Shown here in pieces: positions 1-17,074 of a stretch of 64,000 nt of DNA. A model generated the notes under the pieces. It saw nothing but the letters and a program-made list of their open reading frames with translations. It did no database searches and was not told where the DNA came from. How positions within the stretch are numbered: position 1 is the stretch's first letter; each line of letters starts with the position of its first letter. The position numbers were made by a program, and so were the translations under genes. The DNA is from Macrostomum lignano (taxonomy: Eukaryota), in the NCBI GenBank assembly GCA_002269645.1, contig NIVC01001567.1, forward strand, positions 203,587 to 267,586, given 5' to 3'.

Positions 1-300
1 GGGGCGAATTTTTTCGAGTGTAGTGTCAAATTGTAGCCCATCGGATGCCCTTTTGAATGACATAAGACACTCTGGAAAAAACCCCTGTTAACAGGTACTT
101 TTTACCGGTTAAGTGAAAAACGGCCCATTTGGGGGTACAAACTTTGAAGTCGAAAAATAAGAAATTTTGCGCACCGATTTTTCTGCATTTTCAATATTGT
201 TTAGTCGAATAGCTAAAGTTTCACCGGTCATACGCCAATATGGCTGGAAAATTCGTATTTTTGAGCAAACTGCATCTGATTTTTAAAAATGCAATCTATA

Positions 301-3016
301 CCACTATACCACTAGACTAACTAATGCCAGGGGCGTGGGGCGGCCAGCCCCCACTATACCACTAGACTAACTAATGCCAGGGGCGTGGGGGGCGGCCAGC
401 CCCCACTATACCACTAGACTAACTAATGCCAGGGGCGTGGGGGCGGCCAGCCCCCACTATACCACTAGACTAACTAATGCCAGGGGCGTGGGGGCGGCCA
501 GCCCCCACTATACCACTAGACTAATAAATGCCAGGGGCGTGGGGGCGGCCAGCCCCCTACTATACCACTAGACTAACTAATGCCAGGGGCGTGGGGGCGG
601 CCAGCCCCCACTATACCACTTAGACTAACTAATGCCAGGGGCGTGGGGGCGGCCAGCCCCCCACTATTTCACTAGACTAACTAATGCCAGGGGCGTGGGG
701 GCGGCCAGCCCCCCACTATACCACTAGACTAACTAATGCCAGGGGCGTGGGGGCGGCCAGCCCCCCACTATACCACTAGACTAACTAATGCCAGGGGCGT
801 GGGGGGCGGCCAGCCCCCCACTATACCACTAGACTAATAAATGCCAGGGGCGTGGGGGCGGCCAGCCCCCCACTATACCACTAGACTAACTAATGCCAGG
901 GGCGTGGGGGCGGCCAGCCCCCCACTATACCACTAGACTAACTAATGCCAGGGGCGTGGGGGCGGCCAGCCCCCCACTATACCACTAGACTAATAAATGC
1001 CAGGGGCGTGGGGGCGGCCAGCCCCCCACTATACCACTAGACTAACTAATGCCAGGGGCGTGGGGGCGGCCAGCCCCCCACTATACCACTATACCACTAG
1101 ACTAACTAATGCCAGGGCGTGGGGGGCGGCCAGCCCCCCACTATACCACTAGACTAACTAATGCCAGGGGCGTGGGGGCGGCCAGCCCCCACTATACCAC
1201 TAGACTAACTAATGCCAGGGGCGTGGGGGCGGCCAGCCCCCCACTATACCACTAGACTAACTAATGCCAGGGGCGTGGGGGGCGGCCAGCCCCCACTATA
1301 CCACTAGACTAATAAATGCCAGGGGCGTGGGGGCGGCCAGCCCCCCACTATACCACTAGACTAACTAATGCCAGGGGCGTGGGGGCGGCCAGCCCCCACT
1401 ATACCACTATACCACTAGACTAACTAATGCCAGGGGCGTGGGGGGCGGCCAGCCCCCACTATACCACTAGACTAACTAATGCCAGGGGCGTGGGGGCGGC
1501 CAGCCCCCACTATACCACTAGACTAACTAATGCCAGGGGCGTGGGGGGCGGCCAGCCCCCCACTATACCACTAGACTAATAAATGCCAGGGGCGTGGGGG
1601 GCGGCCAGCCCCCACTATACCACTATACCACTAGACTAACTAATGCCAGGGGCGTGGGGGGCGGCCAGCCCCCCACTAAACCACTAGACTAACTAATGCC
1701 AGGGGCGTGGGGGCGGCCAGCCCCCCACTATACCACTAGACTAACTAATGCCAGGGGCGTGGGGGGCGGCCAGCCCCCCACTATTCCACTAGACTAACTA
1801 ATGCCAGGGGCGTGGGGGGCGGCCAGCCCCCCACTATACCACTAGACTAACTAATGCCAGGGGCGTGGGGGCGGCCAGCCCCCCACTATACCACTAGACT
1901 AACTAATGCCAGGGGCGTGGGGGCGGCCAGCCCCCCACTATACCACTAGACTAACTAATGCCAGGGGCGTGGGGGGCGGCTAGCCCCCACTATACCACTA
2001 GACTAACTAATGCCAGGGGCGTGGGGGGCGGCCAGCCCCCCACTAAACCACTAGACTAACTAATGCCAGGGGCGTGGGGGCGGCCAGCCCCCACTATACC
2101 ACTAGACTAACTAATGCCAGGGGCGTGGGGGGCGGCCAGCCCCCACTATACCACTAGACTAATAAATGCCAGGGGCGTGGGGGCGGCCAGCCCCCCACTA
2201 TACCACTATACCACTAGACTAACTAATGCCAGGGGCGTGGGGGCGGCCAGCCCCCCACTATACCACTAGACTAACTAATGCCAGGGGCGTTGGGGGCGGC
2301 CAGCCCCCCACTATACCACTAGACTAACTAATGCCAGGGGCGTGGGGGCCGGCCAGCCCCCCACTATACCACTAGACTAATAAATGCCAGGGGCGTTGGG
2401 GGGGCGGCCAGCCCCCTACTATACCACTAGACTAACTAATGCCAGGGGCGTGGGGGGCGGCCAGCCCCCCACTATACCACTTAGACTAACTAATGCCAGG
2501 GGCGTGGGGGGCGGCCAGCCCCCCACTATTCCACTAGACTAACTAATGCCAGGGGCGTGGGGGGCGGCCAGCCCCCCACTATACCACTAGACTAACTAAT
2601 GCCAGGGGCGTGGGGGGCGGCTAGCCCCCCACTATACCACTATACCACTAGACTAACTAATGCCAGGGGCGTAGGGGGCGGCCAGCCCCCACTATACCAC
2701 TTAGAATAACTAATGCCAGGGGCGTGGGGGCGGCCAGCCCCCCCTATACCACTATACCACTAGACTAACTAATGCCAGGGGCGTGGGGGCGGCTAGCCCC
2801 CCACTATACCACTATACCACTAGACTAACTAATGCCAGGGGCGTGGGGGCGGCTAGCCCCACACTATACCACTATACCACTAGACTAACTAATGCCAGGG
2901 GCGTGGGGGGCGGCCAGCCCCCACTATACCACTAGATTAACTAATGCCAGGGGCGTGGGGGGCGGCCAGTCCCCCACTATACCACTAGACTAACTAATGC
3001 CAGGGGCGTGGGGGGG
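301..3016. repeat. ~51-bp tandem satellite (about 50 copies), GC hairpin followed by CTAG in each unit
   Basis: Unit CCACTATACCACTAGACTAACTAATGCCAGGGGCGTGGGGGCGGCCAGCCC(C)n repeats continuously; copies vary mainly in G/C run length and an occasional extra CTATACCA. Confidence 0.97.
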
Positions 3017-3571
3017 CTTTTTAGCTCTCAATTTAGGTTAAATAAATAGATGTCATAGCCATAAACAATAATGGACACAATATAAACCATCGTCCCACCT
3101 TTGAAGACGACAGCGTCTTCATTTTACTAGTTTCGATGAAAAACTTCGTTTTGTCTTAATTTATTTTATCATGTTTTGTGTATATTTTATTATTATTAGG
3201 TTGCATAAAAATATCACGCCACTCTGTGTGACCCTTCTGTAGATGCATTCATTGTGCTCCAAGCCTAGGGCTGAGTGAAGTGGTGTGGGTGGGGGGGCTT
3301 CTAGGTAAAATAGAATTTCTATGAATGCAATTAGTATTGTAGCGTGCATATTCTATCTGTCTGTTAAAAGGGGGTGAGAAATAATTTTAGGCTGACTGGG
3401 TGCACAGATTGCCCTGTGAAGGTAGAGAGCGTTACCTTGACTACCCAGTGTGAAAATTGTATGATTATATATCACATTCTTTGACATTTTTCTTGCATCT
3501 TTTTCTAGTCGACCGTTGGAAAGAGGCCGCGGTTTTTAAATAGTATCAAATTATAATCATCAATATATAAG

Positions 3572-4750
3572 ATGGATGCCGCTTGGATTGTTGATCGGGT
3601 CAGTCACGCCTACGATTTCTACTTGTGGACTCTGACTAGAGCTGGTAAGACTGCTATACCTTGTGTCCTTTGGTGTGCTGCTGGACCTTGTGTCCTTTAG
3701 TGGGCTGCTGGACCTTGTGTCCTTTGGTGTGCTGCTGGACCTTGTGTCCTTTGGTGTGCTGCCGGACCTTGTGTCCTTTAGTGGGCTGCTGGACCTTGGG
3801 GGTCCTTTGGTGGGCTGCTGGACCCTGTGATCCTTTGGTGTGCTGCCAGACCTTGTGTCCTTTGGTGTGCTGCCAGACCTTGTGTCCTTTGGTGTGCTGC
3901 CAGACCTTGTGTCCTTTGGTGTGCTGCCAGACCTTGTGTCCTTTGGTGTGCTGCTAGACCTTGTGTCCTTTGTTGTGCTGCCAGACCTTGTGTTCTTTGG
4001 TGTGCTGCTAGACCTTGTGTCCTTTGGTGGCCTGCCAGACCTTAGGGGGTCCTTTGGTGTGCTGCCAGACCTTGGGGGGTCCTTTAGTGGGCTGCTAGAT
4101 CTTGGGGTCCTTTGGTGTGCTGCTGGACCTTGTGGTCCTTTGGTGTGCTGCTAGACCCTGTGGTCCTTTGGTGGGCTGCTATACCCTGTGGTCCTTTGGT
4201 GGGCTGCTATACCCTGTGGTCCTTTGGTGGGCTGCTAGACCTTGTGGTGCATATTGTTCGTACTGAAAGTACGCACTACCTCTCTGCGGACCTCAAAAGT
4301 CATAGCCAGTATTTTTGTTCTAACTAAAATCACACACCGGCAGACAAGCGCGTGGAGCGATGGTTTCTGATGCAGGACTACTGGCCCACCTGGGCACTCA
4401 TGTTTCTGTACCTGTTTGCCGTGCACTTCGGCAAGAAGTTCATGGCCAACAGGGAGCCGTTCTCGCTGCGGTGGCCGCTCATCATTTACAATGCCGCCCT
4501 AGTGTTGCTTAACTTTCACATCTTCTGGGAGGTGAGACTCTTGCTCGGGCTGGCGTTTTTGCTGACTGCTGTTCTGGACAGATGGGCCGCATTGCTGGCT
4601 CTTGGGAACCGTGCAATGAAGGGCAGGCACTAAGACAGACCAACTAAAACAGGCCGACAGACACTAAGACATGCAGACAGACAGACATACATACAAACGG
4701 TCAGACGGACAAGACACTAAGACACTAAAACAGACACTAAAACAGACACT

Positions 4751-4792
<42 letters not shown>

Positions 4793-6528
4793 CAGATCGT
4801 AAGAAATCAGTATTTACAAAGTAATAAAGCGCTTGGGCAGTATAAAGTATCCAGTGTGAGGATAGCACGGCTCACTGTCAGGCACAGGTGAGCTGTAATC
4901 TCATCAACCCTGCCGCCATCACCAGCTGTTTTACTGCTCATATATGCGCGGCTACAGCTACCTGTGCCAGCACCTGGACTACTCTGAGGATCCCTACGAA
5001 ATGCGCATTGCCAAGGCCCTGTGGTGGTACTACTTCTCCAAGTGTATCGAGTTCATGGACACTATTTTCTTTGTATTGCGCAAGAAGAACCATTTAATCA
5101 GCTTCCTGCACGTGTACCATCACGCCACTATGTTCCCGCTGTGGTGGATCGGAGTCAAGTGGGTGGCAGGCGGCCAGACCTTTGTAGGCGCCATGATCAA
5201 CTCTTTTGTGCACGTGGTTATGTACACCTACTACGGTCTGTGCGCTGTCGGCGAGTCCGTGCAGAAGTATCTGTGGTGGAAGCGGTACCTCACTAGGATG
5301 CAGCTAGTGCGTTTGCCTCTGTGTGGTGTGCTATCAGCCTCCCAGATCCCCAGTTGCTGGGCCAGCTTCCCAGAGTGTCAGTTGCTGGGCCAGCCTCCCA
5401 GATCCCCAGTTGCTGGGCCAGCTTCCCAGAGTGTCAGTTGCTGGACCAGCCTCCCAGACCCCCAGTTGCTGGGCCAGCCTCCCAGACCCCCAGTTACTGG
5501 GCCAGCCTCCTAAACCCCCAGTTGCTGGGCCAGCCTCCCAGACCCCCAGTTGCTGGGCCAGCCTCCCAAACCCCCAGTTGCTGGGCCAGCCTCCCAAACC
5601 CCCAGTTGCTGGGCCAGCCTCCCAGACCCCCAGTTGCTGGGCCAGCCTCCCAGACCCCCAGTTGCTGGGCCAGCCTCCCAGACCCCCAGTTGCTGGGCCA
5701 GCCTCCCAGACCCCCAGTTGCTGGGCCAGCCTCCCAAACCCCCAGTTGCTGGGCCAGCCTCCCAAACCCCCAGTTGCTGGGCCAGCCTCCCAAATCCAGT
5801 TGCTGGGCCAGCCTCCCAGATCCCCAGTTGCTGGGCCAGCCTCCCAAATCCAGTTGCTGGGCCAGCCTCCCAAATCCAGTTGCTGGGCCAGCCTCCCAAA
5901 CCCTCAGTTGCTGGGCCAGCCTCCCAAATCCAGTTGCTGGGCCAGCCTCCCAGACCCCCAGTTGCTGGGCCAGCTTCCCAAACCCCCAGTTTCTGGGCCA
6001 GCCTCCCAAACCCTCAGTTGCTGGGCCAGCCTCCCAAATCCAGTTGCTGGGCCAGCCTCCCAGATCCCCAGTTGCTGGGCCAGCCTCCCAAACCCTCCGT
6101 TGCTGGGCCAGCCTCTCAAATCCAGTTGCTGGGCCAGCCTCCCAAACCCTCCGTTGCTGGGCCAGCCTCTCAAATCCAGTTGCTGGGCCAGCCTCCCAAA
6201 CCCCCAGTTGCTGGGCCAGCCTCCCAGTCCCCAGTCAGCCCGCAGCAGTCGCAACGCATCCCTCCAACATCCCTCCCCACAGATCCAGTTCTTCATCGGC
6301 ATGGTGATGGGCAGCCACTCGCTGCTGACTGGCTGCGGCGCGGTGCCCATCTGGATGGAGTACGGGGCCATGTTCTACGGCATGTCCATGATTGTCCTGT
6401 TCGCCAACTTCTACTACCAAGAATACGTATCCAGGACCAACGCCAACAAGAAGAGGCCGGCCGTCAATGGCGCTAGCAACGGGTTCGCTGCGTCTCATCA
6501 CCATAGCAACGGGAAGAAAACAGATTAG
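3572..6528 (+). CDS. ELOVL4: Very-long-chain fatty acid elongase, ELOVL4-like (4 exons, ~295 aa)
   Basis: Exons 3572-3644, 4344-4531, 4926-5306, 6283-6528 join in frame (888 nt) with GT-AG introns. Protein [34 protein letters not shown]..., with KCIEFMDT, histidine box [21 protein letters not shown] and a C-terminal KKTD dilysine ER signal. Family is certain; the ELOVL4 subfamily call is by resemblance. Confidence 0.93.
3655..4245. repeat. 27-bp minisatellite in ELOVL intron 1
   Basis: Unit CCTTGTGTCCTTTGGTGTGCTGCCAGA, degenerate at both ends. Confidence 0.95.
5325..6230. repeat. 26-28-bp minisatellite in ELOVL intron 3
   Basis: Unit GTTGCTGGGCCAGCCTCCCAGACCCCCA; accounts for all the long ORFs at 5321-6528 on both strands. 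Confidence 0.96.
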
Positions 6529-7464
6529 GCGATTTTTTAAATGCAAAATCAAAAGCCATCTCTCTCTATATAGCAACATTCTGGCAACAAGGCAACTGCG
6601 TGCGTAGCAAAGTTTGACTTTTTCACTGATTTCTTTTATTGATTAGCTGCTAATATAAAACAGAGATGCAAATTGCTGATATGATTCGCTGTAGTCTTTG
6701 TTTTCCTTGCTTCTGTTTGCTGCTTATCGCTTCCTTTCTCGCTTCCTTTAATGTATGCCACGTGCTTTAATTTTCACATTTGCGTTTTTTATTACGCGCA
6801 CCTCTAAGTTTGAGTTTAGTAATCTCAATTTTATTGTCTGTTTTTAAGACCAAAAAAAATTTTTTTTCATTTCTTTATTGCACAGATTTTGTGTTGTTTT
6901 TTCAATTTTAACAATACTTTTTTACTTTTAGAGGCACCATGTCGTACGGTACTACTTATATAAGAGTAGCTGTTTTGTCCTATCACAGCTGGAACGATTT
7001 TGAATATGATAATAAATGCATTATAGTATAACTCTGACTCTGTCAGGTCGTGTTTTGTAGTTTGAATTTCTGAAGTATATTATTCTTATTTACTTTATTA
7101 AAAAATCGATAAAATTCAAATAATACCCCTATGAGTAGCGCAAAATCAGAGAAAATTCCGATTTGGTTCTACAAAATCAATATTAGGTTTTTGTTTTTTA
7201 CGAGTATATCACACTTTGCCTTTCGCTACCAAGCGTTGACTAATTTTGATACTAAATTTAATCAACAAACATTCGTAATTCCACGACTTGCTGATATGAA
7301 AAATAAATGTTTAAATTTTACTGACGAGTTTTTATGTTAGACCTTTTCCTAGATATCGCCTGCGGCATTGGACCATTTGTGTGTTGAATTATTTCAGGTC
7401 TGAGTCTTTGGAAAACTTACCTCTGAAGTACAGGTATTGTGGATTGAGCGACCCCTTTGACCCC

Positions 7465-8065
7465 TTTAGTACCTCTGAAGCATTGGGTGGTGTGACAGTA
7501 CCTCTCTGAAGCAGCATCTGGAGGTGTGACAGTACCCCCTGAAGCATCATCTGGGGGTGTGACAGTACCCCCTGAAGCATCATCTACAGATGTGACAGTA
7601 CCCCCTGAAGCATCATCTAGAGGTGTGACGGTACCCCCTGAAGCATCATCTGGGGGTGTGACAGTACCCCCCTGAAGCACCATCTGGGTGTGACAGTACC
7701 CCCTGAAGCACTATCTGGAGGTGTGACAGTACCCCCTGAAGCATCATTTGGAGGTGTGACAGTACCCCCTGAAGCATCATCTGGGGGTGTGACAGTACCC
7801 CCTGAAGCATCATTTGGAGGTGTGACAGTACCCCCTGAAGCATCATCTACAGGTGTGACAGTACCCCCTGCAGCATCATTTGGATGTGTGACAGTACCAC
7901 CTGAAGCATCATTTGGAGGTGTGACAGTACCCCCTGAAGCATCATCTACAGGTGTCACAGTACCCCATGAAGCATCATCTAGAGGTGTGACGGTACCCCC
8001 TGAAGCATTGGGAGGTGACGGTATTCCCTGAAGCATTTAGAGGTGTGACAGTACCCCCTGAAGTA
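7465..8065. repeat. 33-bp intergenic minisatellite
   Basis: Unit GGTGTGACAGTACCCCCTGAAGCATCATCTGGA. Confidence 0.95.
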
Positions 8066-8438
8066 TCAGCAGATGCTTGCGATTGTGTAAGCAGAAGCGC
8101 AGTCTCACTGTAATCATAGAAAGTTGGTGACACTTCACTTCTGCGGAAAGACTTACGCGCTCGTACAAGTGGGTGCTGCGAATGTACATATTGTAGACTT
8201 TGCATGTACATCATTCGCTGTTGATAAGAAAAAGAATTGTGTTGTGACACTCGCTAATAAGTTATCTAATCTGTATTGCTTCAATGCTGCGAGTCTCTTT
8301 CAAACATTTTGCAGCTATCTGCTGCTCAAGGTTGACTTCTTAAACCGATTCCTGTGCTAACCTGAAGTTCTGAACTCAGTTTGTAAAATTTCATGCTTTT
8401 TATAGCTTTTGTTGATCACACAGATTTCGAGATCAGTC

Positions 8439-11936
<3,498 letters not shown>

Positions 11937-12164
11937 GGCGGCGGCCAGCTGGCTTTCAACGAAACCGACGTCTGCGAATTCTCTAGCTGGGCTGACTTTT
12001 GCAACTTCGAGTAGATTAATCAAGCTGATAGTTGACTAAAACGGCCCATTTTAGGGTTAAATATTTTCAACTATGACTGTAGTGAAATTTGCAGCTCGTT
12101 GTACGAAGTTAAAGAAAACTTTTTACTCTAAGAGTTTATGAATTTTACGAACTAACTGCACTGC

Positions 12165-12550
12165 ACTAGACCTGCACTCATGCTGACACTAGACTTGCAC
12201 TCACTGACACTAGACCTGCACTCACTGACACTAGACCTGCACTCATGCTGACACTAGACCTGCACTCACTGACACTAGACCTGCACTCACTGACACTAGA
12301 CCTGCACTCATGCTGACACTAGACCTGCACTCACTGACACTAGACCTGCACTCACTGACACTAGACCTGCACTCACTGACACTAGACCTGCATTCACTCA
12401 CTCACTGACACTAGACCTGCACTCACTGACACTAGACCTGCACTCACTGACACTAGACCTGCACTCACTGACACTAGACCTGCACTCACTGACACTAGAC
12501 CTGCACTCACTGACACTAGACCTGCACTCACTGACACTAGACGTGCACTC
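12165..12550. repeat. 21-bp minisatellite
   Basis: Unit CACTGACACTAGACCTGCACT. Confidence 0.95.
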
Positions 12551-12664
12551 ACTTGTGCCCTTTTTTCCCTCGTTCCCCGCCCCAACCCTTCCAGTCTGCC
12601 CCATCCCTCCATTTTTCTCAGTCAATAATCAATGCGTACGCTGATCACGCCACCTGGCACCTTG

Positions 12665-13310
12665 ACATCTACTCAGACATCTACTCAGACATCTACTCAG
12701 ATATCTACTCAGATATCTACTCAGACATCTACTCAGACATCTACTCAGATATCTACTCAAACATTTACTCAGACATCTACTCAGACATCTACTCAGACAT
12801 CTACTCAGACATTTACTCAAACATCTACTCAGATATCTACTCAGACATCTACTCAGATATTTACTCAGACATCTACTTAGACATCTACTCAAACATTTAC
12901 TCAAACATCTACTCAGATATCTACTCAGACATCTACTCAGATATTTACTCAGACATCTACTCAGACATCTACTCAAACATTTACTCAAACATCTACTCAG
13001 ATATCTACTCAGACATCTACTCAGATATTTACTCAGACATCTACTCAGACATCTACTCAAACATTTACTCAAACATCTACTCAGATATCTACTCAGACAT
13101 CTACTCAGATATTTACTCAGACATCTACTCAGACATCTACTCAAACATTTACTCAAACATCTACTCAGATATCTACTCAGACATCTACTCAGATATTAAC
13201 TCATACATCTACTCAGACATCTACTCAGACATCTACTCAGACATCTACTCAGATATTTACTCAGACATCTACTCAGACATCTACTCAGACATCTACTTAA
13301 ATATCTACTC
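12665..13310. repeat. 12-bp minisatellite with higher-order variants
   Basis: Unit CATCTACTCAGA, with recurring variants AACATTTACTCA and GATATTTACTCA. Confidence 0.95.
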
Positions 13311-14350
13311 AATTTTTGTTCACAAGCCCCAAATGAACGCTGGGCTGCTCTGCGCCAAGCCACATCGATGTCAAGGAAATTTGGCCAGAGAAATTCTGCC
13401 CTACTTCTGTTACCAAGTGTCACTTACAGCCGGTCTCAACGGGTCTCAGGCCATCTGCCGCTGCAAGCCTCCAAACACAAACACGCAGACGTTCGGATGT
13501 CGCATTTCCTGCCCAATTTCCTTTGTCAAACAGGCTTGAAAACTGGCCTGCCAAAAGCCGTGGGTGTTGCTTGAGAAACCGATCCAACGGCTGTTTTGAA
13601 ATTTCTTTCGTTTCCGACTGCGGGGCTTGTTGAAAGTGCAAAAGTTAAACGGCAAGATGCAAAAGCAGTATTAATATTAGATGTGAAAACTGAAATTCCA
13701 TCTGCTCAAGCGTGCTCAAGTCCTACCCACTCACTTCCTCTCTTTCTTTTGTCGTCTCCTGCCTCAAGCGTGCACCCTAAATTCCTTTTTTTAATTCCTT
13801 CATCCTTCCTCTTCAGCCTGGTGTGGGTTGAGGCGCTGCGAAAGAATGAGACAGTTATTGCCCCTCAGCCGCGGTGCTCAGGGTGTGGCGCGATGGCTGA
13901 GGGGATGACGTGGGGGAAAACTGATGCACTTGGCAACCCGCAGGCAAAAGTTTTGCTTTCAGACCTCAAGCCCTGCTCCCCTGTAAAAGTTCTTTCTTAA
14001 GTGCTTGGAGAGGCTTAAATTCCCAAATAGCAGAGTGTCCCAGCCTCCCTCAATATCCTGGGACCCCCCGGGCATTCAGTCTCTGAGCTGTTTACTGAGG
14101 CATTGAGATGGACCAGGAATGAATTTTAATTATTTATGGAGAGGCTTCAAGATCAAGCCGAGCAGTCTCGGGGCAGACTTGAGGCAGAGCTGCGGGGAGA
14201 CAGGTGGGTGGTCTGCGGCCCGCGTGCTTCCCTGAGACACTTTTGCTTTTATGTTGTACTTTCTGGCTAGCGACTCCGAGGCTCCTGGCTGGGACTCAAA
14301 CTTGATGAATCACTTTCTGCAGTTCAGTGAGCTGGCGATTGCTGGGTCAT

Positions 14351-14680
<330 letters not shown>

Positions 14681-14723
14681 AATCTGTCTAATTTATCTTA
14701 TCTAGTTAACTATTTCGTCTGTC

Positions 14724-16797
14724 TCCGAAACAAAGTCTCCGAAACAACGACAAAATTGTCACTAAGCCTGCAGATAAGGGCAGCAACATGGTCATCCTAA
14801 ACCTCGAAGACTACATCCGTGAAGTGAATAGACAACTTTCTAACACGACTTTTTACCAGCCTGTGGACTCAGCTTCAAGCACTCACACGGGTTCTCTGAT
14901 CAAGCAGATCTTTCAAGAACTGAAGGAGCAAAAGCTAATTACAAACCACCAATACTTCCAGCTTATTCCACCTCTTGAACCTCGCGATCGGATTTTCTAT
15001 TTGCTCCCAAAGATCCACAAGGATCCTAAATCATGGCCGATTCCCACAATCCCACCCGGACGGCCGATTGTCTCCGACTGCAACTCCGAAAGCTACATGA
15101 GCGCAAGGTTTATCGACCTCTTTCTACAACCGATTGCCAAGGAACAGGACTCTTTCATCCGCGACACCGATCACTTCCAAGCGGTCATTGACGGTTTGTA
15201 CTTTGCTAAGGAGGACAGTGTCCTCTTGGCTACAATGGACGTTGAGTCCCTTTACACAAACATCCCAACCGAGAGAGGTATGGATGCAGTGAGGGACGCT
15301 TTTCAAAAGTTCCCAGCGCCGACAAGGCCAGACCGACAGCTGCTTGACCTCTTAGACATTAACCTTAACCAGAATGATTTCGTCTTCAATAACAAGCGGT
15401 ATCTGCAGATCGAGGGCACTAGCATGGGGAAAGCCTTTGCACCCTCCTACGCCAACATCTTTATGGCGGACTGGGAGTCTAGAGCCCTGGAAACCGCACC
15501 TTTTGCTCCTCGACTGTATAAACGCTATATTGACGACGTCTTCATGGTCTTCGTTGGCGAGGAGTCGCAGCTGGAGGAGCTGCACAGACACCTGAATGGC
15601 TTCGATAGTAACATTCGGCTCACTTTGAACTACAGCCGTGAAAAAGTTCACTTTCTTGACTGCTACGTTTCTCTGACTGATGAAGGGGACATGAAAAGGC
15701 TGAATTGCTCAATCTATTCTAAGCCCACCGACTCTCGCCAACCCTTAGACCCGTCCTCATTCCATCCCAAACACACCTTCAAGGGGATCATGAAATCCCG
15801 ATTTCTCCGCTACGCACGTCGATGCACATTCAAGGCAGATTTTGATGAGGCTAGCAGCAGTCTGTTGGGCATCCTAAAGAGACAAGGACACTCAGTTCGG
15901 TTGATCCGAGACGCTAAGAAATCCGCCCTTACCCAGCTGGGGTTCTACACCGACTGGCAATGGGAGTTCGACTTTCAAGATTGCGGCATTCAAAGCTGCT
16001 ACTTATGCAAAGAACACAGCCAATGGGGCCAAGTCTGTCCAGGCTCAAAGTCTACGAAAATGATCTACAGAACCTGCCGGAAAGTCAGCTGTGACTCTCG
16101 AAACGCTGTCTATGCAATTCTTTGAAAAGCCTGCAGCGGCCACTGTGTCTACATAGGCGAGACGGGTGGAGCTCTAAAAGTTAGGCTCATGGCCCACCTG
16201 AGCGACATTAGACTCGCTAAAGACACCCGGTCTCAAGACATTTCTGCTCGTTTAACCACAACATTAAAGATCTCCGCTTCATGGGACTGTGGTAATCAAC
16301 TTGCTGAGCACTTGGACACCTGCTGGTCTCAACACAGCTGACAGTAGCAGAAGTGCTTGCATTCCGATTGTGATTCCATTCACGGACCACTCCGCCAATA
16401 TTGTACACAAAATACGCACAACCATCTCTGAGCATGCACGAGAGCTAAGCACGGTGGCTGCGTACACCAGGTCACGCTCTCTTAAGGACATTCTCTGTCC
16501 GTCCAAACTGCCTGCCCTAATCAATAACACAAATGAACCACCTTTCGGGTGAATAATTGTACATGCAGAGCTAGATCGCCAACGTGCCGGTTCGGCACCC
16601 TGCTCAACCAACTTATGCTTTTATACCTGCTCAAATTTACTAACTCTTCACTTTTCACTTTTTTAATTAGCTTTTTTTTGGATTTTTGTTGTTATTAAAT
16701 AAATAATTAAACCCTGAAGAAGGCCTAGCCTAGGCCGAAATATCGGTTCCAATAAACCTAGTCGAACTGTGTGCGTGGATTTTTCCTTTGCTTTCAT
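14724..16797 (+). mobile_element. Penelope-like retroelement (RT + C-terminal GIY-YIG endonuclease), 5'-truncated, endonuclease disrupted
   Basis: Frame open from LRNNDKIVTKPADKGSN through ORF 14788-16125: PPGRPIVS, DVESLYTNIP, GTSMGKAFAPSYANIFM, YKRYIDDVF, KPTD, HPKH. Then CxxxCxxC, VYAIL*KAC..VYIGETG..RLMAH, a frameshifted VSRHF..NH, and LSTWTPAGLN. The 3' UTR carries a hammerhead motif and AATAAA at 16751. Confidence 0.93.
16710..16748 (+). ncRNA. Minimal type I hammerhead ribozyme
   Basis: AACC (stem I), CTGAAGA core, extra A, GGCCTA-GCC-TAGGCC (stem II), GAAA, TA, TC cleavage site, GGTT (stem I'). Stem III is reduced to palindromic ATAT, as in the dimeric hammerheads of Penelope-like elements. 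Confidence 0.88.
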
Positions 16798-16854
16798 ATC
16801 TATCTATCTATCTATCTGTCTAATTATCTAATCTATTTAACTATTTCGTCTGTC

Positions 16855-17022
16855 CTACTGTCTGTCTCACTGTCTGTCTGTCTGTGTGTCTGTCTGTGTG
16901 TCTGTCTGTCTGTCTGTCTGTGTGTCTGTCTGTGTGTCTGTCTGTGTGTCTGTCTGTGTGTCTGTCTGTGTGTCTGTCTGTCTGTCTGTCTGTGTGTCTG
17001 TCTGTCTATGTGTCTGTCTGTG

Positions 17023-17074
<52 letters not shown>

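Noticed and set aside
5321-6528. 300-400 aa Pro-rich ORFs on both strands
   Set aside because: They are translations of the 28-bp intronic minisatellite; only 6283-6528 is a real ELOVL exon.
12553-13539. 328-aa SDIY-repeat ORF
   Set aside because: A 12-bp tandem repeat that lacks stops by chance.
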